Both the position numbers and the translations under genes were made by a program. From an archaeon (GTDB taxonomy: Archaea; Nanobdellota; Nanobdellia; Pacearchaeales; GW2011-AR1), in the NCBI GenBank assembly GCA_043815245.1, contig JBDRJD010000034.1, forward strand, positions 1,507 through 65,506: DNA of 64,000 bases, given 5' to 3'. Each line of letters opens with the position of its first letter. Positions within the stretch are counted from its first letter, which is position 1. Below are positions 52,570-61,034 of this stretch, in pieces. The notes under the pieces are model-generated. The model did not search any database and was not told the origin of the DNA. It worked only from the letters and a program-made list of their open reading frames with translations.

Positions 52570-54849
52570 ATGATGTTTAAAAAAGGGACTGTGCTTTATG
52601 CGTATGAGGTTATGCGAGAGTCTGGTGAAGATATCATGTATATCAATTATCTTGGAGCTCCGCTTGTGCCAAGTCTAGCTGATTCTGCTGAGGCTATGGG
52701 GCGAGCAATTGACTCTTTGTTAGCCACACCAAACGTTTCCAGGATGGTTTTTGTTCAGCAGAGAAATTACAGTTATGACTTTCAGCAGATTTCTCTGCTT
52801 ATTGAATTAGCCCAGCTGTATACTTATTTTTTAAAACAAGAAAAAATTCTTTCTCCTTCGAGGCTAGTTTTTCAGTGCCAGCAGTGTTTGGGAAATAGGC
52901 ATAACGATATGGTTTATTTTCTTTCTCTTCTTAAGACAGACCCTATTTATGCGTATGTGGAAGTTAAGAGGTTCTTACTCAGGGAGAGGGTGATGCTAGA
53001 GAAACTTCCTGCAGATTGCAAGGCTTGCCAGATGAATTATATTAGACTGCTAGAGAAGCTGTCCAGTTTTATGGAAAATACAACTTTGATTAAGCAGGCC
53101 GCAAATTATTTGGGAGACTATAAGTCTAGAGACCGAGAGATCTACAAAAACTTTTTCAGGCCTGATGTGATTCCGAATTTTACTTTTACGAGGCTAGTGG
53201 CGAGTTTACCAAAAAATGCTGAGATTGTGGAAGAGTATGAGATTGGCGAAAATTATGATAAAAGTTTAGTAACTATTTTAAAGAAAAGAGAGGAGGCCAA
53301 GTACCTTTATCATCTCATGCCCCCCGAATATTCTTTAGGGGAAGATCACCATCTGCTCCTGAACCTTGCAAGAAATGTTTTAATTGAGCATAAGCCCAAG
53401 GCAGAAGAATTCACAGATCCTGAAAGAACAAGGCAGGTTTTTTTTAATGTGGCTAGAGATTTATTGCAGGAGCTGGCTACTAATAAGAAAGTTTCTTTAA
53501 GTTATACTGATTTGAACAAGCTTGCGAAGATTTTGGTAAGACATACGATTGGTTTTGGTTTGATAGAGGTATTACTACAAGATACTAATTTACAAGATAT
53601 AGTGCTTAATGCTCCAATTTCCCAGAATCCGATTTTTGTGAGACATAATGAGTTTGACGAGTGCATGACTAATATTGTTCCAAATTATGAAGATGCAGAT
53701 TCTTGGGCTGCTAAACTTAGAATGATTTCTGGCAGGCCTTTAGATGAAGCTAATCCTGTGTTAGATACTGACCTATCTCTTGAAAAAACAAGAGCAAGAG
53801 TTGCGGTAATTCAGCAGCCTCTATCGCCTTACGGAATTTCTTATGCTTTGAGAAGGCATAGAGATGAACCGTGGACCCTGCCTTTATTTATTAAGTGTAA
53901 TATGTTGAATTCTTTTGCCGCGGGCCTAATGAGTTTTTTAGTGGATGGGAGTAGAACTCTGCTGGTTGCTGGCACTAGGTCTGCTGGAAAGACTTCTTTA
54001 TTGGGAAGCTTAATGTTGGAGATAATGCCTAAGTTCAGAGTAATTGTTATTGAAGATACCCTTGAGCTGCCTGCTGAGGCCTTAAGGAAGATTGGATATG
54101 ATATTTTAAGGATGAAAGTCAGAAGTGCTTTATTGCAAACTACTACTGAAGTGGAGGCTGCAGAAGGGATAAGAACTAGCTTGAGATTTGGGGATTCTTG
54201 TTTGATTATTGGGGAGGTTAGAAGTTCAGAAGCTAAGGCTTTATATGAGGCTATGAGAGTTGGAGCCTTAGCTAATGTTGTTGCGGGGACTATTCATGGT
54301 GCTTCTGCTTATGCTGTTTTTGACAGAGTCGTTAATGATCTTGGAGTGCCGGTTACTAGTTTTAAGGCTACTGATGCAGTAATCGTTGCTAACCCGGTTA
54401 AGTCTGCTGATGGGCTGCATTCGTGGAGAAGAGTTGTGCAGTTATCAGAAGTGAGGAAACACTGGACCAAGGATCCACTTGAAGAGAAGGGATTTGTTGA
54501 TTTGTTGAAGTATAATGTTGAAAAGGATATTTTAGAGCCTACTCAAGAGTTGATAAATGGGGAGTCTGAAATAGTTAAGGCTGTGGCTGCAAATGTTAAG
54601 GGCTGGGCGGGGAATTGGGATGCGGTTTATGATAATATTTTATTGAGAGGAAAGATAAAACAGGCAATTGTGGATATTGCTGAACAAACTAAGAAGCCTG
54701 ATTTATTAGAAGCTAAATTTAATTCCCTGTCTAATACTATTTTTTATGAGATTTCTGATGAGATAAGGCAGGAGATAGGTTTGCCTTTAAGCGAAAGGGT
54801 TTTTCCTGAATGGGAGAAGTGGATGAAAAAGTATGTGAAGAAGCTGTAA
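52570..54849 (+). CDS. Type II/IV secretion-family ATPase (FlaI/PilB/VirB11 superfamily) with a ~440-aa N-terminal extension
   Basis: Walker A AGTRSAGKTS (53971-53997), Asp box VIVIEDTLEL, Walker B LIIGEVRSSEA, His box GTIHGAS. 759 aa. Confidence 0.8.
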   Translation: MMFKKGTVLYAYEVMRESGEDIMYINYLGAPLVPSLADSAEAMGRAIDSLLATPNVSRMVFVQQRNYSYDFQQISLLIELAQLYTYFLKQEKILSPSRLVFQCQQCLGNRHNDMVYFLSLLKTDPIYAYVEVKRFLLRERVMLEKLPADCKACQMNYIRLLEKLSSFMENTTLIKQAANYLGDYKSRDREIYKNFFRPDVIPNFTFTRLVASLPKNAEIVEEYEIGENYDKSLVTILKKREEAKYLYHLMPPEYSLGEDHHLLLNLARNVLIEHKPKAEEFTDPERTRQVFFNVARDLLQELATNKKVSLSYTDLNKLAKILVRHTIGFGLIEVLLQDTNLQDIVLNAPISQNPIFVRHNEFDECMTNIVPNYEDADSWAAKLRMISGRPLDEANPVLDTDLSLEKTRARVAVIQQPLSPYGISYALRRHRDEPWTLPLFIKCNMLNSFAAGLMSFLVDGSRTLLVAGTRSAGKTSLLGSLMLEIMPKFRVIVIEDTLELPAEALRKIGYDILRMKVRSALLQTTTEVEAAEGIRTSLRFGDSCLIIGEVRSSEAKALYEAMRVGALANVVAGTIHGASAYAVFDRVVNDLGVPVTSFKATDAVIVANPVKSADGLHSWRRVVQLSEVRKHWTKDPLEEKGFVDLLKYNVEKDILEPTQELINGESEIVKAVAANVKGWAGNWDAVYDNILLRGKIKQAIVDIAEQTKKPDLLEAKFNSLSNTIFYEISDEIRQEIGLPLSERVFPEWEKWMKKYVKKL

Positions 54850-54851
54850 AA

Positions 54852-55457
54852 ATGGGAACGAAACAAAAAAAGGCTAGAAAAAAGAAATCAAAACCAGCTG
54901 GCTATGTTTTTCTTATTAAAAATTATAAGGCAGGGGCAGAACAGATGTGGGAGGCATATCACACCTGGAAGAATCAGGATTTTATCTCTGACAAAAAATT
55001 TAAGGAATTTAGAGAAAAATCAAAACCAGTTAGCAAGGCAGCGGCCTTAGAATATTTTAGAAGTGTGCTGAAGCACTTAAATACGCTTTACAAGCTGGAG
55101 GAAACAAGGAGTTTCTTGCGTTTAATGAAAATTCGCAGAAAAATCAAGCAAACTCAAAAGATTTTGGATTCTTATGAGGAACATTATGATGATATTGTTA
55201 AAGTGGCTTATAAAGGAGAAAGAAAGCACCCGAAACTAAGTCTACTGAAAAAGATTAGTTTATCTTTAATTTCTTTCATAGTATTTTTGTTGGGGATAAC
55301 TATGGTGGCTAGGAATCTTACTGGGAGTATGATTTCTCCTTTATTTGGATTAGCTGATTCTTTAGTTGCTTTGCTTTTTGTGGTTTTAGGATTTTATGGA
55401 ATTTACTATTGTGTTCTGAAGCCTATGAAAATTTTCAAAGTTGAGTTTTTAAAATGA
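54852..55457 (+). CDS. Hypothetical protein: basic N-terminus and two C-terminal TM helices
   Basis: ATG at 54852 lies 2 nt after the ATPase stop. MGTKQKKARKKKSKP.. then two hydrophobic helices at the C-terminus. Confidence 0.5.
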   Translation: MGTKQKKARKKKSKPAGYVFLIKNYKAGAEQMWEAYHTWKNQDFISDKKFKEFREKSKPVSKAAALEYFRSVLKHLNTLYKLEETRSFLRLMKIRRKIKQTQKILDSYEEHYDDIVKVAYKGERKHPKLSLLKKISLSLISFIVFLLGITMVARNLTGSMISPLFGLADSLVALLFVVLGFYGIYYCVLKPMKIFKVEFLK

Positions 55458-55498
55458 GGATTAGGAAGGCCAGAATTGAGGATGCTAAAGGGCAGTAA

Positions 55499-55534
55499 GC
55501 TTTATATAGTTACTTTAAGTTACTAAAAGTAACT
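55499..55534 (+). promoter_or_regulatory. TATA-like box plus operator-like repeats directly upstream of the RHH gene
   Basis: gctttatata, then agttact (55508-14), agttact (55518-24), aaa, agtaact (55528-34), then ATG at 55535. The last two copies form a perfect 7-bp inverted repeat with a 3-nt spacer. Confidence 0.45.
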
Positions 55535-55726
55535 ATGGATGCAGTTGTGAAGATTGATTCTGAACTTAAAAAGAAAGCTGAAGCTTTAGTTAAAGAAAAG
55601 AGATTTGATTATCCTAATTTGAAGAATTTTGTAGACAAGGCAATTTTAATGTTATTGGAAAAGGAAGGTATAAAAAACAAAAAAACAATTAAAGTTGGTA
55701 AAAGGGGCAAAAACAATGAAAATTAA
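55535..55726 (+). CDS. Small ribbon-helix-helix (CopG/Arc-like) DNA-binding protein
   Basis: 63 aa. A beta-strand-like VVKIDSEL is followed by two helices (KKKAEALVKE; LKNFVDKAILMLLEKE) and a basic tail. Confidence 0.5.
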   Translation: MDAVVKIDSELKKKAEALVKEKRFDYPNLKNFVDKAILMLLEKEGIKNKKTIKVGKRGKNNEN

Positions 55727-55767
55727 AAATTTTCAAGCATTTAAATTTCCTTGGGAGAAATTCAAAT

Positions 55768-57924
55768 ATGACTGATATAGATAAGATATTTAGTAAGTAT
55801 AGCTCAAAGATAGAGAAGAAAATGCAGCCGGGGGTGAGTGAAGTAGGAGAGAGTTATAGCAAGGATTTTATGCAGTTTAAAGAGGACATGATGCCTAGGC
55901 ATTCCAGGTATGAGAAGCTGTGCAATTCTCTTGGAAGCTTAGTTACTATGAAAGTAGCTAAAAAGGATGAAGTAAAGATTCAGAGGCATATTGATATTGC
56001 TCATTTGGATATTACTCCAAGCCAAGCCCTGACTCTTGCTTTGTTATCTCTGCTTGTAACTTTCTTTATTGGAGTTCTGATTTTTGTTGCTATTTATTTA
56101 ATTACAGGAGGATTGCCTTTATTGTTTTTCTTTTTAGTAGTTTTAACTGCGCTATTTTTGTTTTATTATGCTTATTCAACTCCTGCCAGGCTTGCTAATG
56201 TGTGGAGATTAAAGGCAAGTTCTCAGATGGTTCCTGCTATTTTATATATTGTAGCTTATATGAAACACACAAGTAATTTAGAAAGAGCAATTGCTTTTGC
56301 CTCTTCGCACCTGCAGGCTCCACTTTCTCTGGATTTTAAGAAAGTTTTCTGGGATGTTGAGACGAGTAAGTTCTCAACTGTTAGAGAGAGTTTAGACTCT
56401 TATATTGAGACTTGGAGGGATTATAATATTGAATTTGTTGAAAGCTTTCATTTGATTGAGAGTAGTTTGTTTGAGCCTAGTGAGGATAGGAGAATTGCTG
56501 TTTTGGAAAGGGCACTTCAAGTGATTCTGGATGGAGTTTATGAGCATATGCTTAAATATACTCATACAATCAGGAGCCCCTTGACTAATTTGTATATGCT
56601 TGGAATTGTTCTTCCTACTTTAGCATTAGCTTTACTTCCCCTAGCCTCTACCTTGCTTCAGGGCGTGATAAAGTGGTATCATATTTTTATATTTTTTAAT
56701 ATCTTAATTCCGTTTTTTGTTTATTACTTAACTAGTCAGATTATGCTTAAAAGACCGGGGGGATATGGAGAAACTGATATTTTAGAGATGAATCCTCTTT
56801 ATCCCAAGTATAATAGTAAAAGGCCTTATGTGATTGCCTTGTTAGTTACTTTGCCTTTGCTCATAATTGGACTGCTGCCTTTTTTGTTTCAGTTTACTCC
56901 TTTTCCAGAATTAGTTGGACTACAAACTGATTATACTTTTAAGGAAATAGGGGTGAGTTTTTTTGGTGATGCAAAACTTTTTGGGTTTTTAACTGATGTT
57001 GATGGACATACAGTCGGGCCATTTGGATTACTTGCTTTAATTTTAAGTTTTTTTATCCCCTTAGGAATTGCAATGTTCTTTTCAATTTCCTATAAACTAA
57101 AAAGCAAGGATCTGATAAAAAGCAGAGAAGATTCTAAGCAGCTTGAGCAAGAGTTTACTAATGCTTTATTCCAGCTTGGAAACAGGCTTGGGGATGGGAT
57201 GCCTGCTGAAATAGCTTTTGCTAGAATGAGTGAGTCTTCAAGAGGATTAGTGACTGAAGATTTTTTCAAGACTGTTAATACTAATGTTCAACAGATGGGA
57301 ATGAGTTTAGAAAATGCTATTTTTCATCCTAGGAGGGGGGCGATTATTTATTATCCTTCTGCTTTAATTAGCATTAGTATGAAAATACTGGTTGATGGTG
57401 TGAAAAAGGGGTTGCAGGTTGCTGCCAGAAGCTTGATGAGTATTTCTGAGTATGTAAAGAATATTCATAAGATTAATCAGAGATTGAGAGATTTGCTTGC
57501 TGAAGTTGTAAGTGATATGAAGAGCAATATGACTTTTTTAGCTCCTTTACTGGCTGGGATAGTAGTGGGGTTAGCAGCTATGATTACTATGATTTTAGGC
57601 AAGCTACAGAGTATGTTTGAATTTGGCACTTCAAGTGAGGTGGCGGGTTTTGGATTGGAAGCTGTTTTAGATATATTTAATGTAACTGCGATGATTCCGC
57701 CGTATTACTTGCAGCTTGCTATTGGGATTTACTTAGTCCAGATTGTGTTTATTTTAACTTCAACTCTGGTAACTGTAGATGCAGGTGAGGATAGACTAAA
57801 GAGGATTTACGAAACTGGGAGGAATTTGAAGTCAGGATTAACACTTTATACTATTGCTGCTTTGATTGCTGTAATTTCACTGGCTTTCCTTGCAATGATT
57901 GCCCTGGGCGGAATGGGAACTTAA
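55768..57924 (+). CDS. Type IV filament platform protein (FlaJ/TadC/PilC-like, two T2SSF-like repeats)
   Basis: 718-aa polytopic protein. It has two cytoplasmic helical domains, each followed by TM bundles (LERAIAFASSHLQAPLSLDF.. and LEQEFTNALFQLGNRLGDGMPAEIAFARM..GMSLENAI). Sits next to the ATPase. Confidence 0.65.
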   Translation: MTDIDKIFSKYSSKIEKKMQPGVSEVGESYSKDFMQFKEDMMPRHSRYEKLCNSLGSLVTMKVAKKDEVKIQRHIDIAHLDITPSQALTLALLSLLVTFFIGVLIFVAIYLITGGLPLLFFFLVVLTALFLFYYAYSTPARLANVWRLKASSQMVPAILYIVAYMKHTSNLERAIAFASSHLQAPLSLDFKKVFWDVETSKFSTVRESLDSYIETWRDYNIEFVESFHLIESSLFEPSEDRRIAVLERALQVILDGVYEHMLKYTHTIRSPLTNLYMLGIVLPTLALALLPLASTLLQGVIKWYHIFIFFNILIPFFVYYLTSQIMLKRPGGYGETDILEMNPLYPKYNSKRPYVIALLVTLPLLIIGLLPFLFQFTPFPELVGLQTDYTFKEIGVSFFGDAKLFGFLTDVDGHTVGPFGLLALILSFFIPLGIAMFFSISYKLKSKDLIKSREDSKQLEQEFTNALFQLGNRLGDGMPAEIAFARMSESSRGLVTEDFFKTVNTNVQQMGMSLENAIFHPRRGAIIYYPSALISISMKILVDGVKKGLQVAARSLMSISEYVKNIHKINQRLRDLLAEVVSDMKSNMTFLAPLLAGIVVGLAAMITMILGKLQSMFEFGTSSEVAGFGLEAVLDIFNVTAMIPPYYLQLAIGIYLVQIVFILTSTLVTVDAGEDRLKRIYETGRNLKSGLTLYTIAALIAVISLAFLAMIALGGMGT

Positions 57925-57954
57925 GTTTAAATATTTTAGAAGATGAAGATAAAT

Positions 57955-58095
57955 ATGAAAAAAGGTGATGTGGAAATTGATAAGCTTATTATTTGGATAA
58001 TTGTAGTTTTAGGCCTTGCTGTATTAGTTTTAGGAATTTTGTTTTTTACTAAGCGACTAGATCCAAGTAATCTTCTCAAATTATTTAGACCATGA
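57955..58095 (+). CDS. Unlisted 46-aa prepilin-like mini-protein
   Basis: MKKG-DVEIDKLIIWIIVVLGLAVLVLGILFFTKRLDPSNLLKLFRP. Its stop overlaps the next ATG (ATGA at 58092-58095). Confidence 0.5.
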   Translation: MKKGDVEIDKLIIWIIVVLGLAVLVLGILFFTKRLDPSNLLKLFRP

Positions 58096-58862
58096 AAGCG
58101 CAAATAGCTATAGGTAAGATGATTGGAATAGTTTTAGGAATTTTAGTTGTAGTTGTATTTGCATTTGTTTTAACACATAGTGATGGAGCTTATGCTGCGG
58201 TTGATAATCTAATTCCTAATTGGGGAAGTGGTGGCGGGGGTGGGGGGAATGTGGTGATTATTGATAGTGATAAAGGAAGTGCTAGTTCTGGGAGTGTTTT
58301 TGATATGGTGCAGTATGTTCAGGCTAATGGTATCAGGAATAGTGCAAATGAACTTAAAACTTGCAAGGAAGATTATTCTAAGTGGATTGAGCAATATGCT
58401 GCTGAAGAAAATATTAATCCTACATTGATTTTGGCTTTGATGATGCAGGAAAGTGACTGTCAGCAAGCTACTGAATCAGAGGCTGAAGGTGATAAAAAAT
58501 CCTGGGGAGTTATTCAGATTAATAAGGAAACTTATGATGATATTTGTAAAGGTGTTGGAAGCGGATTTGAAGATATAAAGGCTAGTGCTGAAAAAAGTGT
58601 CCAGTGTGGCATTAAGATATTAAAGAAAAAGTATGATTTATATGGGGCGTATGGTAAGCAAGATTATTATCAGGGTAAGGTGGAATCTAAATGTAATGAT
58701 CCACAGTATCTGCCTAAGTATCTTACCTATACTGGGTGGGATGCTGCATTAAGGGGGTATAATGGATTAGGGTGTATCCCTCCCTTGGCTGATACAGATT
58801 ATGTAGAGAAAATAAATGCAATTAAAACTGCTTTGGAAAGTGTGCAAAATGCTGAAAGATAA
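58092..58862 (+). CDS. Membrane-anchored lytic transglycosylase (SLT / GH23 domain)
   Basis: N-terminal TM helix, a Gly6 linker, then the three SLT motifs: LILALMMQES (Glu codon at 58449-58451), SWGVIQIN and AALRGYNGLG. Confidence 0.75.
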   Translation: MKAQIAIGKMIGIVLGILVVVVFAFVLTHSDGAYAAVDNLIPNWGSGGGGGGNVVIIDSDKGSASSGSVFDMVQYVQANGIRNSANELKTCKEDYSKWIEQYAAEENINPTLILALMMQESDCQQATESEAEGDKKSWGVIQINKETYDDICKGVGSGFEDIKASAEKSVQCGIKILKKKYDLYGAYGKQDYYQGKVESKCNDPQYLPKYLTYTGWDAALRGYNGLGCIPPLADTDYVEKINAIKTALESVQNAER

Positions 58863-59889
58863 AAAAGGAGCTGCTGAATTTGTATGGAAGGTTTTGACTA
58901 TTTTACTTTCTGTGATTTGCGTTTTAGCTTTAATTTTTATTGCTTATAAGATTTATAGTGTAGTTAATCACACTTCTGCAACAAAGCAGGCGCAGGCACA
59001 TATGGATGAGCTTGAAATTAAAATAAAAGAGCTTGTGCAGCAAGGAAATGGAGCGATTTTTGATGGTTATCTTGTATTGGGGCCTAAGGGGTGGAGGTTT
59101 ATTACTTTTGATAAGGATGATCCAAAACCAAAGCAGTGCAAGAAGGATTATTGTTTTTGTATTTGTGATGGAGAGAATGCAGATGATTGCAATAAGGCAG
59201 GAGTTTGTAAAGATACTGACAAGAGAGTAAGTTTATCTTTTGCAGGATTTGGCGATAAGTCTTTTGAAATCCTGGAGCATATGGCTTCTTTGGGAGTCAG
59301 GATAGTTAATGAAGAAGAGAGAATTGTTATTGGTGATCCGGATTATGCTCCTATCGGCAGCAAGCCTGATTTTATTTTTGATGATAATTATTTTAGTTAT
59401 CCTCAGAGCACTTCACCAGATGCTGTTCATCGAGAATTAGACGACAGTAAAATGAAAAATCTCCTAGAGGAAGATAATGTGCCTACTACTTCAGGGTTTA
59501 TAAGAGGGGCAATTTCACCTTCTGAATCTTATAATATTAATCCGCTAGTAGCTCTTGCTATTATAAAAATTAAGTATAATAATGTTGAGGATGCAGTTAA
59601 AAATAATAAACAAGATGAGATTGATTATGCAAAAAATTTAGGAGTTGATTGTGCTGAAAAAGGGCTTGCAACCTTAAGTTTATGCATTGGCAAAACTTTG
59701 GAAGAAGGGTTTGATGGCAAGGCAGATGCAGACGGTTTTAAAGCAGGAGTGGAAAAAGAGATAAATGGTAAGAAATTCACCCCAGATAATAAGGCCAGTG
59801 CAGTTTTATACTGGTATACTAGAGATTATGATAAGGCAATTGAAATAGCTCAGAAGGTAAGTGTTTACAGAGACTTTTATAATAGTTAA
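58849..59889 (+). CDS. Prepilin-like protein with a large Cys-rich ectodomain
   Basis: MLKDKKG-AAEFVWKVLTILLSVICVLALIFIA N-terminus, starting at the ATG at 58849. The ectodomain contains CKKDYCFCICDG..CNKAGVC. The C-terminal INPLVALAII segment weakly resembles an SLT start but has no ES. Confidence 0.55.
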   Translation: MLKDKKGAAEFVWKVLTILLSVICVLALIFIAYKIYSVVNHTSATKQAQAHMDELEIKIKELVQQGNGAIFDGYLVLGPKGWRFITFDKDDPKPKQCKKDYCFCICDGENADDCNKAGVCKDTDKRVSLSFAGFGDKSFEILEHMASLGVRIVNEEERIVIGDPDYAPIGSKPDFIFDDNYFSYPQSTSPDAVHRELDDSKMKNLLEEDNVPTTSGFIRGAISPSESYNINPLVALAIIKIKYNNVEDAVKNNKQDEIDYAKNLGVDCAEKGLATLSLCIGKTLEEGFDGKADADGFKAGVEKEINGKKFTPDNKASAVLYWYTRDYDKAIEIAQKVSVYRDFYNS

Positions 59890-59890
59890 A

Positions 59891-60019
59891 ATGAAAAATA
59901 TAAAATATAAAAAAGCATTTATAAGCTGGCAGTTACTTAAGATAGCGTTAGTGGTAGGAATAGTTTTGATATTTATGTTTGCTATGTATTATGCACTTAA
60001 AGCGCTAGGAATCATGTAA
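59891..60019 (+). CDS. Unlisted 42-aa single-TM mini-protein
   Basis: MKNIKYKKAFISWQLLKIALVVGIVLIFMFAMYYALKALGIM. It fills the gap between its neighbours exactly (1-nt spacers). Confidence 0.4.
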   Translation: MKNIKYKKAFISWQLLKIALVVGIVLIFMFAMYYALKALGIM

Positions 60020-60020
60020 A

Positions 60021-61034
60021 ATGAGGAAACTAAAAGCAAGAAAAAAAGGTGAGCTGACTTCGAGCCAGCTGGCATTGTTGATTTTAGCTGTAATGAGTTT
60101 TTTAGTTTTACTTGGATTCTGGTATATGCTTAATATAGAGCATGAAATGAATAGCTGGTGGTGTCATTTTAGTGTTGTTTTAAGAGCTACTTTAAATAAA
60201 ATTGGAGGGGGTGCTCTGGAACTTGGGCAGTATATTGAGCTGGCGTGCAGGACTGAGAAAGTTTGTGTTCAAGAGGGTGGAGAGGGGTGTGGGGGGATTA
60301 TTGGCACTAAGGATAATCCGATTCAAAATGAAAAAGTTGATGATAAAAGAGATGTGATGAATGTGATGGCTGAAAAATTATATGAGTGTAATTCTGTTCT
60401 AGGAGAGGGAAAGATTAATTTTATGCCTTCACAGACCTTTAAGCAGAATTATTGTTTAATTTGCAGTAGAATTGCCTTTGATGATAAGGTGAAGGGAGAT
60501 ATAAAGCAAATTGGGGTGGGGGAGCTGTATCAGTATATGGAAGAAGAAAAGAAAAACAGAAGAGGAGATTCTTATTTAAGTGTTATTTATCCTGGGTGGA
60601 GCTCTTGGAAAGATTATGAAGAGCATTTTGCAGAAATGAAAAATAAAGATGATGCTATGCAAGAGGAAAGCGAGAGAAAGCTGACTGGTATTGATAATCC
60701 TGAGCAGTGGATTTATGATTTAGAACATGATGAGACTGGTTATGCTGTTGTATTTCAAATGCAAAAGAAGGGGAAGTTTTTGTCAATGTCTGCCTCAGCT
60801 CTTTCTGCAATAGGGGTGGTAATTGCTATTCCTTTTGCTGCATCAGGAGTTGGGTTGCCTATTGGATTGGGGATTATTGGAGCCTCACTGCAGGCGGGAG
60901 CTTTAGTTGGGGGAGGAGTTTATTGGTATTCTAATCCTAATGGAGAATTTGAGTATGCGCCTCCCGTGATTTTACCTTATAATGCAGGGATTCTCGATGG
61001 GTTAAAATGTACAGAATTTAATACTGCTTTTTAG
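60021..61034 (+). CDS. Prepilin-like protein with Cys-containing ectodomain and a C-terminal Gly-rich TM segment
   Basis: MRKLKARKKG-ELTSSQLALLILAVMSFLVLLGF N-terminus. C-terminal segment GVVIAIPFAASGVGLPIGLGIIGASLQAGALVGGG. Confidence 0.55.
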   Translation: MRKLKARKKGELTSSQLALLILAVMSFLVLLGFWYMLNIEHEMNSWWCHFSVVLRATLNKIGGGALELGQYIELACRTEKVCVQEGGEGCGGIIGTKDNPIQNEKVDDKRDVMNVMAEKLYECNSVLGEGKINFMPSQTFKQNYCLICSRIAFDDKVKGDIKQIGVGELYQYMEEEKKNRRGDSYLSVIYPGWSSWKDYEEHFAEMKNKDDAMQEESERKLTGIDNPEQWIYDLEHDETGYAVVFQMQKKGKFLSMSASALSAIGVVIAIPFAASGVGLPIGLGIIGASLQAGALVGGGVYWYSNPNGEFEYAPPVILPYNAGILDGLKCTEFNTAF

